Position numbers and translations under genes: made by a program. A stretch of 64,000 nucleotides of DNA from an uncultured Rickettsiales bacterium. GTDB taxonomy: Bacteria > Pseudomonadota > Alphaproteobacteria > Rickettsiales > UBA1997. The stretch spans positions 10,445-74,444 of the forward strand of contig CALXSG010000004.1 in NCBI GenBank assembly GCA_944391075.1, given 5' to 3'. Numbering within the stretch: position 1 is the stretch's first letter; each line of letters begins with the position of its first letter. The notes beneath the pieces were generated by a model. That model was not told the origin of the DNA and searched no databases. It saw only the letters and a program-made list of their open reading frames with translations. This document shows, piece after piece, positions 8,352 through 17,304 of the stretch.

Positions 8352-9175
8352 TTAATAATCTATTAATGTCATAGATATATTACATGCAATATTATTTAAA
8401 ATAGATGTATTATAATCTGTATAACCATCACCGCAACTACTTCTAATACTACCAATATTATAAATACCATCATCATATTTTAAATCATAATTTCTCAAAT
8501 ATTTAGGATCAATTTCTTGTGTGGTATATATTGTTATTTGATTTCCAGGTTTTATCTTATACTTATAATGCATTGGGTTATTTAAATCTTCTCTTCTATG
8601 TTCATAATAATATTGACAATTCTTTAATATTTTTGAGTTAGGTTTGGCTTTATCACCTTTTTTTCCATATGTTGATAAATTAGCTTCTTTAGGCACAAAA
8701 TCAATAATTTTAGCTAAATATAAATCAACAAATGGGGCAGATATTTCATTAGGTATACCATATCCACTTCCTCCATTTTGATTATATGGGGCTGGAAAAC
8801 TATTTGAATTATAAGTTTGACCACTAAAAAGTCCAATAGAGCCAGAACCATTTAAATCACCAGGAGCTCTACCATTTAATGCCTTAAAAGTAAAATATGC
8901 TTGTTTATAACTATTAATTTCATCACCTAATGCTTTAATTTTAGTACTTTCAATGAGACTAGCACCACCTGTAACACCAGCTATAAGAAGTCCTATTATT
9001 ATAAGTACAATTGATAATTCAATCAAAGAAAAAGCAAGAATATTATTTATTTTGAATTTAATGAAATTTTTATGTATACAATCAGTATTATTGTTTGAAT
9101 TAACTATTTTGTTAAATCGTTTATAAAAAGCACCCCCCCCCCTACAATTTTAACTACTTTTTTATTATTTCCCAT
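8352..9175 (-). CDS. Type IV pilin-like protein, paralogue 3. Phase-OFF as sequenced (G10 tract).
   Basis: The ORF track gives 8352-9026 (TTG-initiated MIELSIVLIIIGLLIAG). The pilin frame is open upstream through the tract to a TAA at 9150-9152. The ATG at 9175-9173 is 33 nt upstream of the tract and with G10 stops after 24 codons; G11 or G8 would give MGNNKKVVKIVGGGGAFYKRFNK...ILA/FSLIELS. The C-terminus has a Cys-X17-Cys loop (SSCGDGYTDYNTSILNNIAC), like a pilin D-region. Confidence 0.8.
8946..9175 (-). repeat. Conserved 5' module of the pilin family, copy 3 (shorter: leader plus the first ~25 mature residues)
   Basis: caatcaaagaaaaagcaagaatattatttattttgaatttaatgaaatttttatgtatacaatcagtattattgtttgaattaactattttgttaaat is shared with copy 1. 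Weaker similarity continues 5' of the ATG: ttctaattttaatata (9203-9218) versus ttctatttttaatata (7261-7276). Confidence 0.8.
9133..9142 (-). repeat. Homopolymeric tract, 10 C on plus strand (G10 in the coding sense), in the leader of pilin gene 3
   Basis: Counted directly: aaaaagca + 10 c + tacaat. Confidence 0.9.
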
Positions 9176-9396
9176 ATTTATATTCAAATCATGTTATCAT
9201 ACTTCTAATTTTAATATATTTACAAATATTTTAAAATCAAGAATTTACTATGCATAATATTACCATATGTTAACAATTCTTTTTTTATTCACTAATTTTA
9301 CTGATAAATAATCTTATTTATTCATAAAAATAATTGTTTTTACAAGAGCATCGCTATACATTGATTCTATTAAATAGAATATTATTATTACTAAAA

Positions 9397-12300
9397 TTAT
9401 TTACTTTTCTCTATTTTTAATATTTCTATACTTTCAATACCATTTTTCTTTTCAATATCAACAATTTCATTTAAAGCAACGCCAATTAAAGCTTCACCAT
9501 AAAGTGTATGTTTATTAACAATGGCTATATCATTATCTATACAACTATTAGAATCTACAATTTTTATTTTAAACATTTTTCCATTATCTTTTTTTAATGT
9601 AATAATATCATTTAATTCAACAATATTTCTATTATTTAAAAATTTGTCTAATTTATTTTTAATGAATTTGATTTCTGTATCGTATATAACTTTGATTTGC
9701 TTATATTCTTTTATAAGTTGTGAATATTTTGCTATTACAATATTTTGATTTAATTTCCAATTATTAATTAAATTTTTAATTTTATACTTATTTATATTGA
9801 TGTTATATTGTTTTTGTTCTTCTTTTAGCTTTAAAATTAATAATTTTTCCTCAAAAATTAGCAATTGTTTTATATCATATTCGTTTAATGTTAAAAGAAA
9901 ATTTAAATCGCAATATCTTTTATATTCCGTATAGAGTTCTTTATAATATATTCTATTTTTCGCAACATAATAATTGTATTTGCGAATAGCATGTTTTTTA
10001 TTAAAATGTTTTAATATATTAATTTCTTTATTGATATAATTGAGTTTTTTATCAATATCTTTTAAAACACTGTATTTTGATTCTATATTATCAAATTCTT
10101 TAATATATTGATTCAAGTTTTTTCTTATTGTTTGCTTAATTTTTTTAATATTAATTAAAAAATCATAACTTTTATTGTAAAGATCTATAATTATTTTTGC
10201 ATTTTTTAAAATAAAATAATTATCATTATATAAAAATAATTCTAGAATATGTATATTTTCAATGTTATATTGTATATATTCTTCTCTTATATTATGTAAT
10301 TTTTGTTTTAATTTGCTTAATTCTTTAAAAATAATTACAGTTTCATTAAATATTGTGTTAAGTTTTACAAAAGTTTGAATATTAAATTTATTTTGATTGA
10401 TTTTTAATATAATAAAATGATATTTATTTATATTCAATTTATAATGAAATAGCTTTAATTTAATTTTGTATTTAATAATTTCCCTTTTGTGTAAGAGATA
10501 TTTTTTATTAGTCAACAATGTAGATAAATATTTTTCATCTAAAAACTCTCTAAGTTTTAAATATTCTAGTTCATTTAAGTTATAATAACTATTTTGTAAA
10601 TCTAAAAATTTAAGTAAATAACTGACTATTATCAAATTTTTATCTAAAGAATTTATATTAAAAAACTTATTGTGAATGTCATTTGCATTATTTATTATAT
10701 ATTCTTTTAATTTTTTAAAAGAATAATCCCAAAATTTATTATATAAATCTATTTCAGAACAAAACAAAAATGAGATTTTTTCAACACTCTGTAATTTTGA
10801 AATTTTATATGAATTCAATTCGTTATTAATAAATAATTTTTTTTGTTTTTCTAACCATTCATATAATCTTTGTTCTGAATTATTTCCTGTTTCTTCTGGT
10901 AATCTATCTCTATTTTCTATAAATTGTTTTAATTCTATAAAATTTACACTCCAACTCCCATAACTTCTTTTTATTATTTTTTCAAGAATAGCCTCTTCTA
11001 TTTGTTTATTATTAAAATTTTCTAATATTATAGAATCTTTTTTATCTTCTTCATGTTCTTCCTCATTTTCTTTTTTATTTATCTTATTATTCTTCTTTTT
11101 AAAATCCAAAAAAGACAAATTGATATAGCTTTCTATTCTTTCATCTTCATCTCCAATTTTCTTAATAATGTTAATCATTTCATTAAGATCTTTCTTTCTA
11201 ATCTTTATTTTTTTGTTTGTGCCTTCTTCTTCATATTCAACATTTTCAAAATTATTATCTAATGCTGTGTCAAAATTATTATCTGATAACTTTTCTTGAT
11301 AATATATTGGTATTACTATGTAACCGAATTCTTTTTCTTTTCCATCTTTATCTTTATATTTTCTCAATGCTCTTCCGGCTGACTGCACAATATCAATAGT
11401 GGATTTTTTAATATTTGAATAAAAAATCATATCAACTTTTGGAATATCAACTCCTTCTGACAAACACCTAGCATTTGAAATTAATGATTTTTCAGAATTC
11501 TTAAAATTTAACATTATTTCATTTCTTTTATCAGCATCTATTTTACTACTTATACAATAAGAATCAAAATTTTTAAAAAATTGTTTATGCCTATCAGCAA
11601 AATTTTCGGCCTTTTTAATTTTTGAATGAAATGTTATAGCATGTTTTAAATTATACTTTTCCATGATTAAATTACATGCATAATTATCAGCAATATCTTG
11701 ATATGATATATTTTTATCAATTATTTTTCCTGATTTTATATAGTTCTCTATCTCCAAATCAGTAATACCAACACCTATTATTTTATAATCAACTAAAATA
11801 TTTTCATCAATAGCCTTTTGAAAACTCATTTGATATATAACATCTCCAAAAGTTTTTATGTCATCCATATTAAAAACATTTTCATTTATATATTTATAAA
11901 CTTGATTGAACTGGCTATTATAATTATTATCATAATTCTTGTTATCATCATCAGTATTATAATAATCTGTATTAACCACTCTAGGTGTAGCAGTCATATA
12001 TAATCTTTTTTTAACTTTTATATAATCATTACTATGTATTTTTTTAAAATGTGTTATTTTTGAATTAATGATCTCTCCGGCTGTTCTATGTGCTTCATCA
12101 CAAATCGCCAAGTCAAACACTAACTCTTCATCCTTAATAGCTTTAATCACCTTATCTAAGGATTGATATGTAGAAAAAATAACTTTATTTTTACAGGTAT
12201 TAGCTAATAAAAAACTTTTTATTATATTACTATCAGTTGTAACCTTAAATACAGGTTCCTCAATAAATTCTTCATCATATTCCTCTTCATCATCCTCATC

Positions 12301-12561
12301 TACATCTTGGCTTGAACAAACACAAAGATAATTAAAATCAATATTTTTTTCTTCTTTCCAATTATCTTTAGTTTGTTTAATTAGGCTAATAGATGGAACC
12401 AATACAATAGTTAACTTTGACTTCAAAGCTTCATGTGTCCATAAAGAAATCAAAGTCTTTCCAGAACCACAAGGTAAAATAATTTTTCCCCTATCATTTT
12501 CTTTAAAATATTCAACAATACACTTTATAACATCTTCTTGATATTTATACGGTTTTTTCAT
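9397..12561 (-). CDS. Large SF2 (DEAD/DEAH, type III restriction res-like) helicase with an HA-like segment, a long N/K/I-rich low-complexity region and a GreA/GreB-C-terminal-like tail
   Basis: 1054 aa. Motif I ILPCGSGKT, motif II CDEAHR, motif III MTATPR, helicase-C motifs ARCLSEGVDIP and QSAGRALR. Around aa 535-590, WSVNFIELKQFIENRDRLPEE...RLYEWLEKQKKL resembles the helicase-associated (HA) domain. The last ~70 aa (ITLKKDNGKMFKIKIVDS...LYGEALIGVALNEIVDIEKKNGIESIEILKIE) fit the GreA/GreB C-terminal pattern. Confidence 0.7.
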   Translation of the reverse strand: MKKPYKYQEDVIKCIVEYFKENDRGKIILPCGSGKTLISLWTHEALKSKLTIVLVPSISLIKQTKDNWKEEKNIDFNYLCVCSSQDVDEDDEEEYDEEFIEEPVFKVTTDSNIIKSFLLANTCKNKVIFSTYQSLDKVIKAIKDEELVFDLAICDEAHRTAGEIINSKITHFKKIHSNDYIKVKKRLYMTATPRVVNTDYYNTDDDNKNYDNNYNSQFNQVYKYINENVFNMDDIKTFGDVIYQMSFQKAIDENILVDYKIIGVGITDLEIENYIKSGKIIDKNISYQDIADNYACNLIMEKYNLKHAITFHSKIKKAENFADRHKQFFKNFDSYCISSKIDADKRNEIMLNFKNSEKSLISNARCLSEGVDIPKVDMIFYSNIKKSTIDIVQSAGRALRKYKDKDGKEKEFGYIVIPIYYQEKLSDNNFDTALDNNFENVEYEEEGTNKKIKIRKKDLNEMINIIKKIGDEDERIESYINLSFLDFKKKNNKINKKENEEEHEEDKKDSIILENFNNKQIEEAILEKIIKRSYGSWSVNFIELKQFIENRDRLPEETGNNSEQRLYEWLEKQKKLFINNELNSYKISKLQSVEKISFLFCSEIDLYNKFWDYSFKKLKEYIINNANDIHNKFFNINSLDKNLIIVSYLLKFLDLQNSYYNLNELEYLKLREFLDEKYLSTLLTNKKYLLHKREIIKYKIKLKLFHYKLNINKYHFIILKINQNKFNIQTFVKLNTIFNETVIIFKELSKLKQKLHNIREEYIQYNIENIHILELFLYNDNYFILKNAKIIIDLYNKSYDFLINIKKIKQTIRKNLNQYIKEFDNIESKYSVLKDIDKKLNYINKEINILKHFNKKHAIRKYNYYVAKNRIYYKELYTEYKRYCDLNFLLTLNEYDIKQLLIFEEKLLILKLKEEQKQYNININKYKIKNLINNWKLNQNIVIAKYSQLIKEYKQIKVIYDTEIKFIKNKLDKFLNNRNIVELNDIITLKKDNGKMFKIKIVDSNSCIDNDIAIVNKHTLYGEALIGVALNEIVDIEKKNGIESIEILKIEKSK

Positions 12562-12654
12562 TATATGTCAGTTATAATAATGTTTTAAATATACAACACA
12601 TAGTTTAAAAATCAATTAATTATAATAATAATTATATGTATTTATATTAAAAAT

Positions 12655-13278
12655 TTATTTATAATTTTCTCTTTTTTCTTTACCAAATTGAAAACCAACC
12701 ATATCAATAAGTTTCATAGGCGGATAATCATAGCAAAGTGATTCTTGTTCAAAATAAAAACACCAAATTTCTTTTAAAGATTTTTGCGATAAGGTCTGTG
12801 TTATTTTATTTTCTCTTAAAAATAATTTAAAATTGGTATCATATGCTGGTGTTGATGCAGAAGTGCCTAATAAAATTTTAGTAATCAATGTGTCTGTTGT
12901 TGATATTTCCCTATGCTCATAATATTTCTTTAATTTTTTAATAGTCTTATATACTATATCAGTATATGCATCTATTTCGTTAATATTTTTAGGATATTTT
13001 TTTAATTCTATTAAATCTTCAAGTAAAATTTTTATTATAGGCTTATGAATTAAATAATTATAATCTGTTAACAATTTTGAAGATCCTCTCATCATCCCCC
13101 AACTGCCCAAATATAAAGCTAAACTTCGTGCTAAAAAATCATCATCATAACTTTGTCTTGATTTTAATGCTTTATTAAAATCATCAAATATAATATTCCA
13201 AGAATAATATCTACCTTCTTCCTTATTTTTTATATCATTAATATTTAGAAAATTATCTATATATTTTTTAATCATCAT
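12655..13278 (-). CDS. Hypothetical protein (207 aa), no family recognised
   Basis: Clean ORF 93 nt upstream of the helicase on the same strand. Non-repetitive sequence (LALYLGSWGMMRGSSKLL). No motif I can name. Confidence 0.5.
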   Translation of the reverse strand: MMIKKYIDNFLNINDIKNKEEGRYYSWNIIFDDFNKALKSRQSYDDDFLARSLALYLGSWGMMRGSSKLLTDYNYLIHKPIIKILLEDLIELKKYPKNINEIDAYTDIVYKTIKKLKKYYEHREISTTDTLITKILLGTSASTPAYDTNFKLFLRENKITQTLSQKSLKEIWCFYFEQESLCYDYPPMKLIDMVGFQFGKEKRENYK

Positions 13279-13340
13279 AACTTATTATAAATAATATATT
13301 ATTATTAATAACTATTATAAATTATTCATATAAATTCAAT

Positions 13341-13505
13341 CAAAAATTTAAGTATTTCAAAGCAGAAATAGACTATACAACTCTTTACAGAACGGAACAA
13401 GGGCAGAATGTATATATCTATACAGCTTATAAAATTTTAAAGAGTTTAGACATTGATCTATTAAATATAATAGATAATGCGATAGTTACTCAAACTTCAA
13501 AATAA
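13341..13505 (+). pseudogene. Possible remnant of an XRE-family helix-turn-helix gene (C-terminal part only, no start codon)
   Basis: The plus-strand frame is open from 13281 to TAA 13503-13505 with no ATG/GTG/TTG start. The tail TTLYRTEQGQNVYIYTAYKILKSLDIDLLNIID resembles the second half of an HTH_3 domain (isriErG ... l.kiakaLgv.l.dl). Confidence 0.3.
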
Positions 13506-13533
13506 AATAATAGTATATTAGCAAAAGTTGATA

Positions 13534-13562
13534 AGAATACTAAATAATTTTACTAGTATTCT
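13534..13562 (-). terminator. Hairpin downstream of upp
   Basis: agaatacta (13534-13542) pairs with tagtattct (13554-13562). 9-bp stem, 11-nt loop. Confidence 0.4.
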
Positions 13563-13571
13563 CATATTTAA

Positions 13572-14240
13572 TTAATAAAATGTATTAAAGAATCTATCAC
13601 CCGCATCACCTAAACCAGGAACAATATAACCATTATCATTTAATTTTTCATCAATAGCCGTTGTATACATATTTATGTTAGGATAAAGATTTTTTACTTT
13701 ATTAATTCCTTCTGGTGCAGAAATTATATTTAACAATGTAATATTACTTTCAGGGACACCTTTACTAATATATAATTTTATAGCTTCAATAATAGAACCG
13801 CCTGTTGCTAACATTGGATCGCATATATAAACATAAGTATTTTTAGGTTTTTTAAATGTTTCTGGCAATTTATTATAATACCATACCGGTTCCAATGTTT
13901 TTTCATTTCTATACATACCTAAATGTTGAACTTTAAAAAATGGCAAGAAATTACAAACATTATTAGATATAGCAAGCCCTGCCCTTAAAATTGGAACAAC
14001 ATATATTTCATTATTATCATCAATAACTTTTGTTGTTGTTTTAATAATTGGTGTTTCAGTTTCAATTTCTTTTAATGGAAGATTTTGAGTAGCATTAATT
14101 GCTAAAATATCAGCTAATTTTGAAATTGCTTCTCTAAAATCTTTGCTATTTGTATTTTTATTTCTAATAATAGATAAATTATGTTCAACTAATGGATTTT
14201 TAATTAAATTTACTTTTTCCATAATACTAATACTACTCAT
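13572..14240 (-). CDS. upp: Uracil phosphoribosyltransferase
   Basis: 222 aa. PRPP-binding loop ICDPMLATGGS and C-terminal GLGDAGDRFF, typical of Upp. Confidence 0.9.
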   Translation of the reverse strand: MSSISIMEKVNLIKNPLVEHNLSIIRNKNTNSKDFREAISKLADILAINATQNLPLKEIETETPIIKTTTKVIDDNNEIYVVPILRAGLAISNNVCNFLPFFKVQHLGMYRNEKTLEPVWYYNKLPETFKKPKNTYVYICDPMLATGGSIIEAIKLYISKGVPESNITLLNIISAPEGINKVKNLYPNINMYTTAIDEKLNDNGYIVPGLGDAGDRFFNTFY

Positions 14241-14264
14241 ATATTTACACTTTTTGATATTAAA

Positions 14265-14290
14265 ATAGCATCAAGATTACTTGATGCTAT
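14265..14290 (-). terminator. Rho-independent terminator after pflB
   Basis: atagcatcaag (14265-14275) pairs with cttgatgctat (14280-14290). 11-bp perfect stem, 4-nt loop, T-rich tail in the minus sense. Confidence 0.7.
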
Positions 14291-14300
14291 TATTAATTAA

Positions 14301-16517
14301 TTACATGCAACTATTAATAGTTCTGCTAATAACATCTAATTGTTGTTCTTTTGTTAATTTAATGAAATTAACAGCATAACCAGAAACTCTAATTGTGAGT
14401 TGTGGATATTTTTCAGGATGGTTCATAGCATCTTCAAGTAATTCTCTAACAAATACATTTACATTAAGATGTTGACCACCTTTTGGTGTAAAGTAACCAT
14501 CAAGTAAAGATACAAGGTTAGTGATTTGCGAATCTTTGTCTTTACCTAATGCTTGTGGAGTAATTGCAAATGTGTATGAAATACCATCTCTTGAATAAGC
14601 AAATGGAAGTTTAGCAACAGAAGATAAAGCTGCAATAGCACCTTTTGTATCTCTACCATTCATAGGGTTAGCACCAGGAGCAAATGGAGTACCAGCTTTT
14701 CTTCCACAAGGTGTAGCACCTGTATTCTTTCCATAAACAACATTTGATGTAATTGTTAAAAGTGATTGAGTTGCTAATGCTCCTCTATATGTCTCATGGC
14801 TAGCCATATAACCCATAAATGTTTTTACTAAATCACAAGCAATTTTATCTGCTTCTTCATCATTATTTCCAAAAGGAACATAATCACCTTCTCTTTCAAA
14901 ATCAACAGCTAAACCTTGTTCGTTTCTAATAACTTTTACTTTGCAATTTTTAATAGCATTTAATGAATCAGCAACAATAGAAAGTCCTGCAATACCTGAT
15001 GCTTCAAATCTTTCTACATCTGTATCGTGTAAAGCCATTTCATATGCTTCATAATCATATTTGTCATGCATGTAGTGAATAATTTTTAAAGCATTACAAT
15101 ATGTTTTAGCAAGCCATTTCATCATTTGATTAAATTTTGCCATAACTTCATCATAATCTAAATATTCACTTGTAATAGGTTCAAACATAGGACCAACTTG
15201 ATCGCCATGAATTTCATCTTTACCGCCGTTTATAGCATAAAGTAAACATTTTACTAAATTAGCTCTTGCGCCGAAGAATTGCATTTGTTTACCAATTTTC
15301 ATTGATGAAACACAACAAGCAATACCATAATCATCACCATAAATTGGTCTCATTAAATCATCGTTTTCATATTGAATAGCAGATGTATCAATAGAAACTT
15401 TTGCACAGAATTTTTTCCAATTTTCAGGAAGATTTTCAGACCATAAAACTGTTAAGTTTGGTTCTGGTGCAGGACCTAAATTATATAATGTATTTAAGAA
15501 TCTAAAAGATGTTTTTGTAACAAGTGTTCTTCCATCAACACCCATACCACCAAGTGATTCTGTAACCCAAGTAGGATCGCCAGTAAATAATGAATTATAT
15601 TCAGGAGTTCTTAAGAATCTAACAATTCTTAATTTAATAATCATTTGATCTACTAACTCTTGTGCTTCTTCTTCTGTTAATTTTCCTTCTTCAATATCTT
15701 TTTCAATATAAATATCAAGGAAAGTTGAAACTCTACCAAGAGACATAGCAGCACCATCTTGATCTTTTACAGCTCCTAAATATGCAAAGTATACCCATTG
15801 TACTGCTTCTTTTGCATTTGTAGCAGGTTTTGATACATCAAAGCCGTAATTAGCACACATTTTTTTGAATGATTTTAAGGCATTGATTTGTTCTGTAAGT
15901 TCTTCTCTCTTTCTAATAATATCTTCAGTATATTCTTCACCACCCATATTTTTGAAATCTTTTTGCTTTTCCTCAATCAATCTATCAACACCATATAAAG
16001 CAACTCTTCTATAATCACCAATAATTCTACCTCTACCATAAGCATCAGGTAAACCTGTAATTATGTGAGCATGTCTGCAAGCTCTAATATCTTGATCGTA
16101 TGCTGAAAATACACCATCATTATGTGTTTTTCTGTATTTTGTAAAGATTTCTTTTGTTAATGGGTCAAGTTCATAACCATAAGATTTTAAAGCTGTTTCA
16201 ACCATTCTTAAACCACCTTTTGGAAAAATACCTCTTTTTAATGGTTTATCTGTTTGAAGTCCAACAATAGTTTCGTTGTCTTTATCAATATAACCTGCAC
16301 CATAAGTTTCAAGACTTTGTGGGAGTTTAGTTTCAGCATCATAAACTCCTTTTTCTCTTTCAACTTTAAACATTTCTGTAAGTTTATCCCAAACTTTTTT
16401 TGTTTTTTCTGTTGCTGGTTTTAAAAATTTATCATCACCAGTATATGGTTTATAATTTTCTTGTATAAAATCTCTAACATCAATTTCATCTTTCCAATAT
16501 TCACCTTTAAAGTTCAT
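14301..16517 (-). CDS. pflB: Pyruvate formate-lyase (formate C-acetyltransferase)
   Basis: Glycyl-radical motif RVSGYAVNF near the C-terminus. The active-site Cys pair is in GIACCVS. The N-terminus ([22 protein letters not shown]) is collinear with E. coli PflB. Start chosen at ATG 16517 because GGAG lies 5 nt upstream; the ORF track extends to a TTG at 16583. Confidence 0.93.
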   Translation of the reverse strand: MNFKGEYWKDEIDVRDFIQENYKPYTGDDKFLKPATEKTKKVWDKLTEMFKVEREKGVYDAETKLPQSLETYGAGYIDKDNETIVGLQTDKPLKRGIFPKGGLRMVETALKSYGYELDPLTKEIFTKYRKTHNDGVFSAYDQDIRACRHAHIITGLPDAYGRGRIIGDYRRVALYGVDRLIEEKQKDFKNMGGEEYTEDIIRKREELTEQINALKSFKKMCANYGFDVSKPATNAKEAVQWVYFAYLGAVKDQDGAAMSLGRVSTFLDIYIEKDIEEGKLTEEEAQELVDQMIIKLRIVRFLRTPEYNSLFTGDPTWVTESLGGMGVDGRTLVTKTSFRFLNTLYNLGPAPEPNLTVLWSENLPENWKKFCAKVSIDTSAIQYENDDLMRPIYGDDYGIACCVSSMKIGKQMQFFGARANLVKCLLYAINGGKDEIHGDQVGPMFEPITSEYLDYDEVMAKFNQMMKWLAKTYCNALKIIHYMHDKYDYEAYEMALHDTDVERFEASGIAGLSIVADSLNAIKNCKVKVIRNEQGLAVDFEREGDYVPFGNNDEEADKIACDLVKTFMGYMASHETYRGALATQSLLTITSNVVYGKNTGATPCGRKAGTPFAPGANPMNGRDTKGAIAALSSVAKLPFAYSRDGISYTFAITPQALGKDKDSQITNLVSLLDGYFTPKGGQHLNVNVFVRELLEDAMNHPEKYPQLTIRVSGYAVNFIKLTKEQQLDVISRTINSCM

Positions 16518-16683
16518 ATTTACTCCATTTTTGTTAATAAAATTCATAAATCTTCTTATAACACATTTAATTCTTATTATCAAGAAAAAAATATTTTATA
16601 ATTTTTATCATAAATATATACTATAAATTATTAATTATTTATTTTAATAAAATTTCATAACAATATTTATAATAAAAATATTT

Positions 16684-17106
16684 TTATTTCTTTTCAGCAT
16701 AAATTTCCACTTTGTGATTTAGCATTTTATAACCATATTTATCGCATATTTGATTTAATAATTTATCTATTTCACCATCAGGAAATTCAATAATATCACC
16801 GCTAGCTGTATCAATTATATGATGATGGTGAAACGAAAATTTATCTGATTTTTCATAAAAAGTTTTACAACCTTTAAAATCATGTCTCTCAATTAAACCA
16901 ATATCACAGAATAAATTTAATGTTCTGTAAATAGTAGCCATGCCAATATTCTCATCCATCTTCTTAGTTCTATCATAAATATCGTCAACATTAAGATGAC
17001 AATTGTTTTCACTTAAAACTTTTAATACAGCTAATCTAGGTTTTGTTAAAGTAATGTTATTATCTTTTATTATCTTTGTAAAACAATCTAAAATATTTTC
17101 TGTCAT
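16684..17106 (-). CDS. fur: Fur-family metal-responsive transcriptional regulator
   Basis: Winged-helix part LTKPRLAVLKVLSENNCHLNVDDIYDRTKK...ATIYRTLNLF, plus a His-rich metal site FHHHHIID. Start moved to ATG 17106 (MTENILD), which is preceded by GGGGGA. Confidence 0.85.
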   Translation of the reverse strand: MTENILDCFTKIIKDNNITLTKPRLAVLKVLSENNCHLNVDDIYDRTKKMDENIGMATIYRTLNLFCDIGLIERHDFKGCKTFYEKSDKFSFHHHHIIDTASGDIIEFPDGEIDKLLNQICDKYGYKMLNHKVEIYAEKK

Positions 17107-17168
17107 AAAATTTCCCCCATAAATAATGTATAGTGTGTATTTTAATAATTTCAATGTAAATATATTTT

Positions 17169-17187
17169 GATAATGATTATCAAAATC
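17169..17187. promoter_or_regulatory. Fur box in the fur / membrane-protein divergent intergenic region
   Basis: gataatgattatcaaaatc closely matches the classical 19-bp Fur box GATAATGATAATCATTATC. It lies ~60 nt upstream of the fur start and ~120 nt upstream of the divergent gene at 17305. Confidence 0.6.
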
Positions 17188-17304
17188 ATAATATATATTA
17201 TTTTTTTATTGTCAAGAAGAAAAATATTATAATACTTGTACGATATTTCTTGCAATATTTATTTAAATATTTATTTTTTTAAATATATTTATTAAACATT
17301 ATTT

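Noticed and set aside
6715-9175. Whether the three repeated ~150-500-bp modules could be a CRISPR-like or other non-coding repeat array
   Set aside because: The repeats are the 5' coding parts, leaders and promoters of paralogous genes, spaced ~900-1030 bp apart. There are no short regular repeat-spacer units and no cas genes.
8352-9175. Calling pilin paralogue 3, and paralogue 1, decayed pseudogenes
   Set aside because: Apart from the homopolymer length, both reading frames are intact from the leader to the stop, and a single +/-1 change in the tract restores a full prepilin. Reversible phase-OFF is the more economical reading. It still needs read-level confirmation.
9600-10800. The extremely repetitive-looking N/K/I-rich stretch of the helicase gene as a separate gene, satellite or coding artefact
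   Set aside because: It is a single uninterrupted frame linking a bona fide helicase core to a recognisable C-terminal domain. I could not find a regular nucleotide period. I treated it as a low-complexity linker within one CDS.
13572-16583. Expected pflA (PFL-activating enzyme) next to pflB
   Set aside because: It is not present. The flanking genes are upp and fur. Its absence from the window says nothing about the genome, so it is not reported as a loss.
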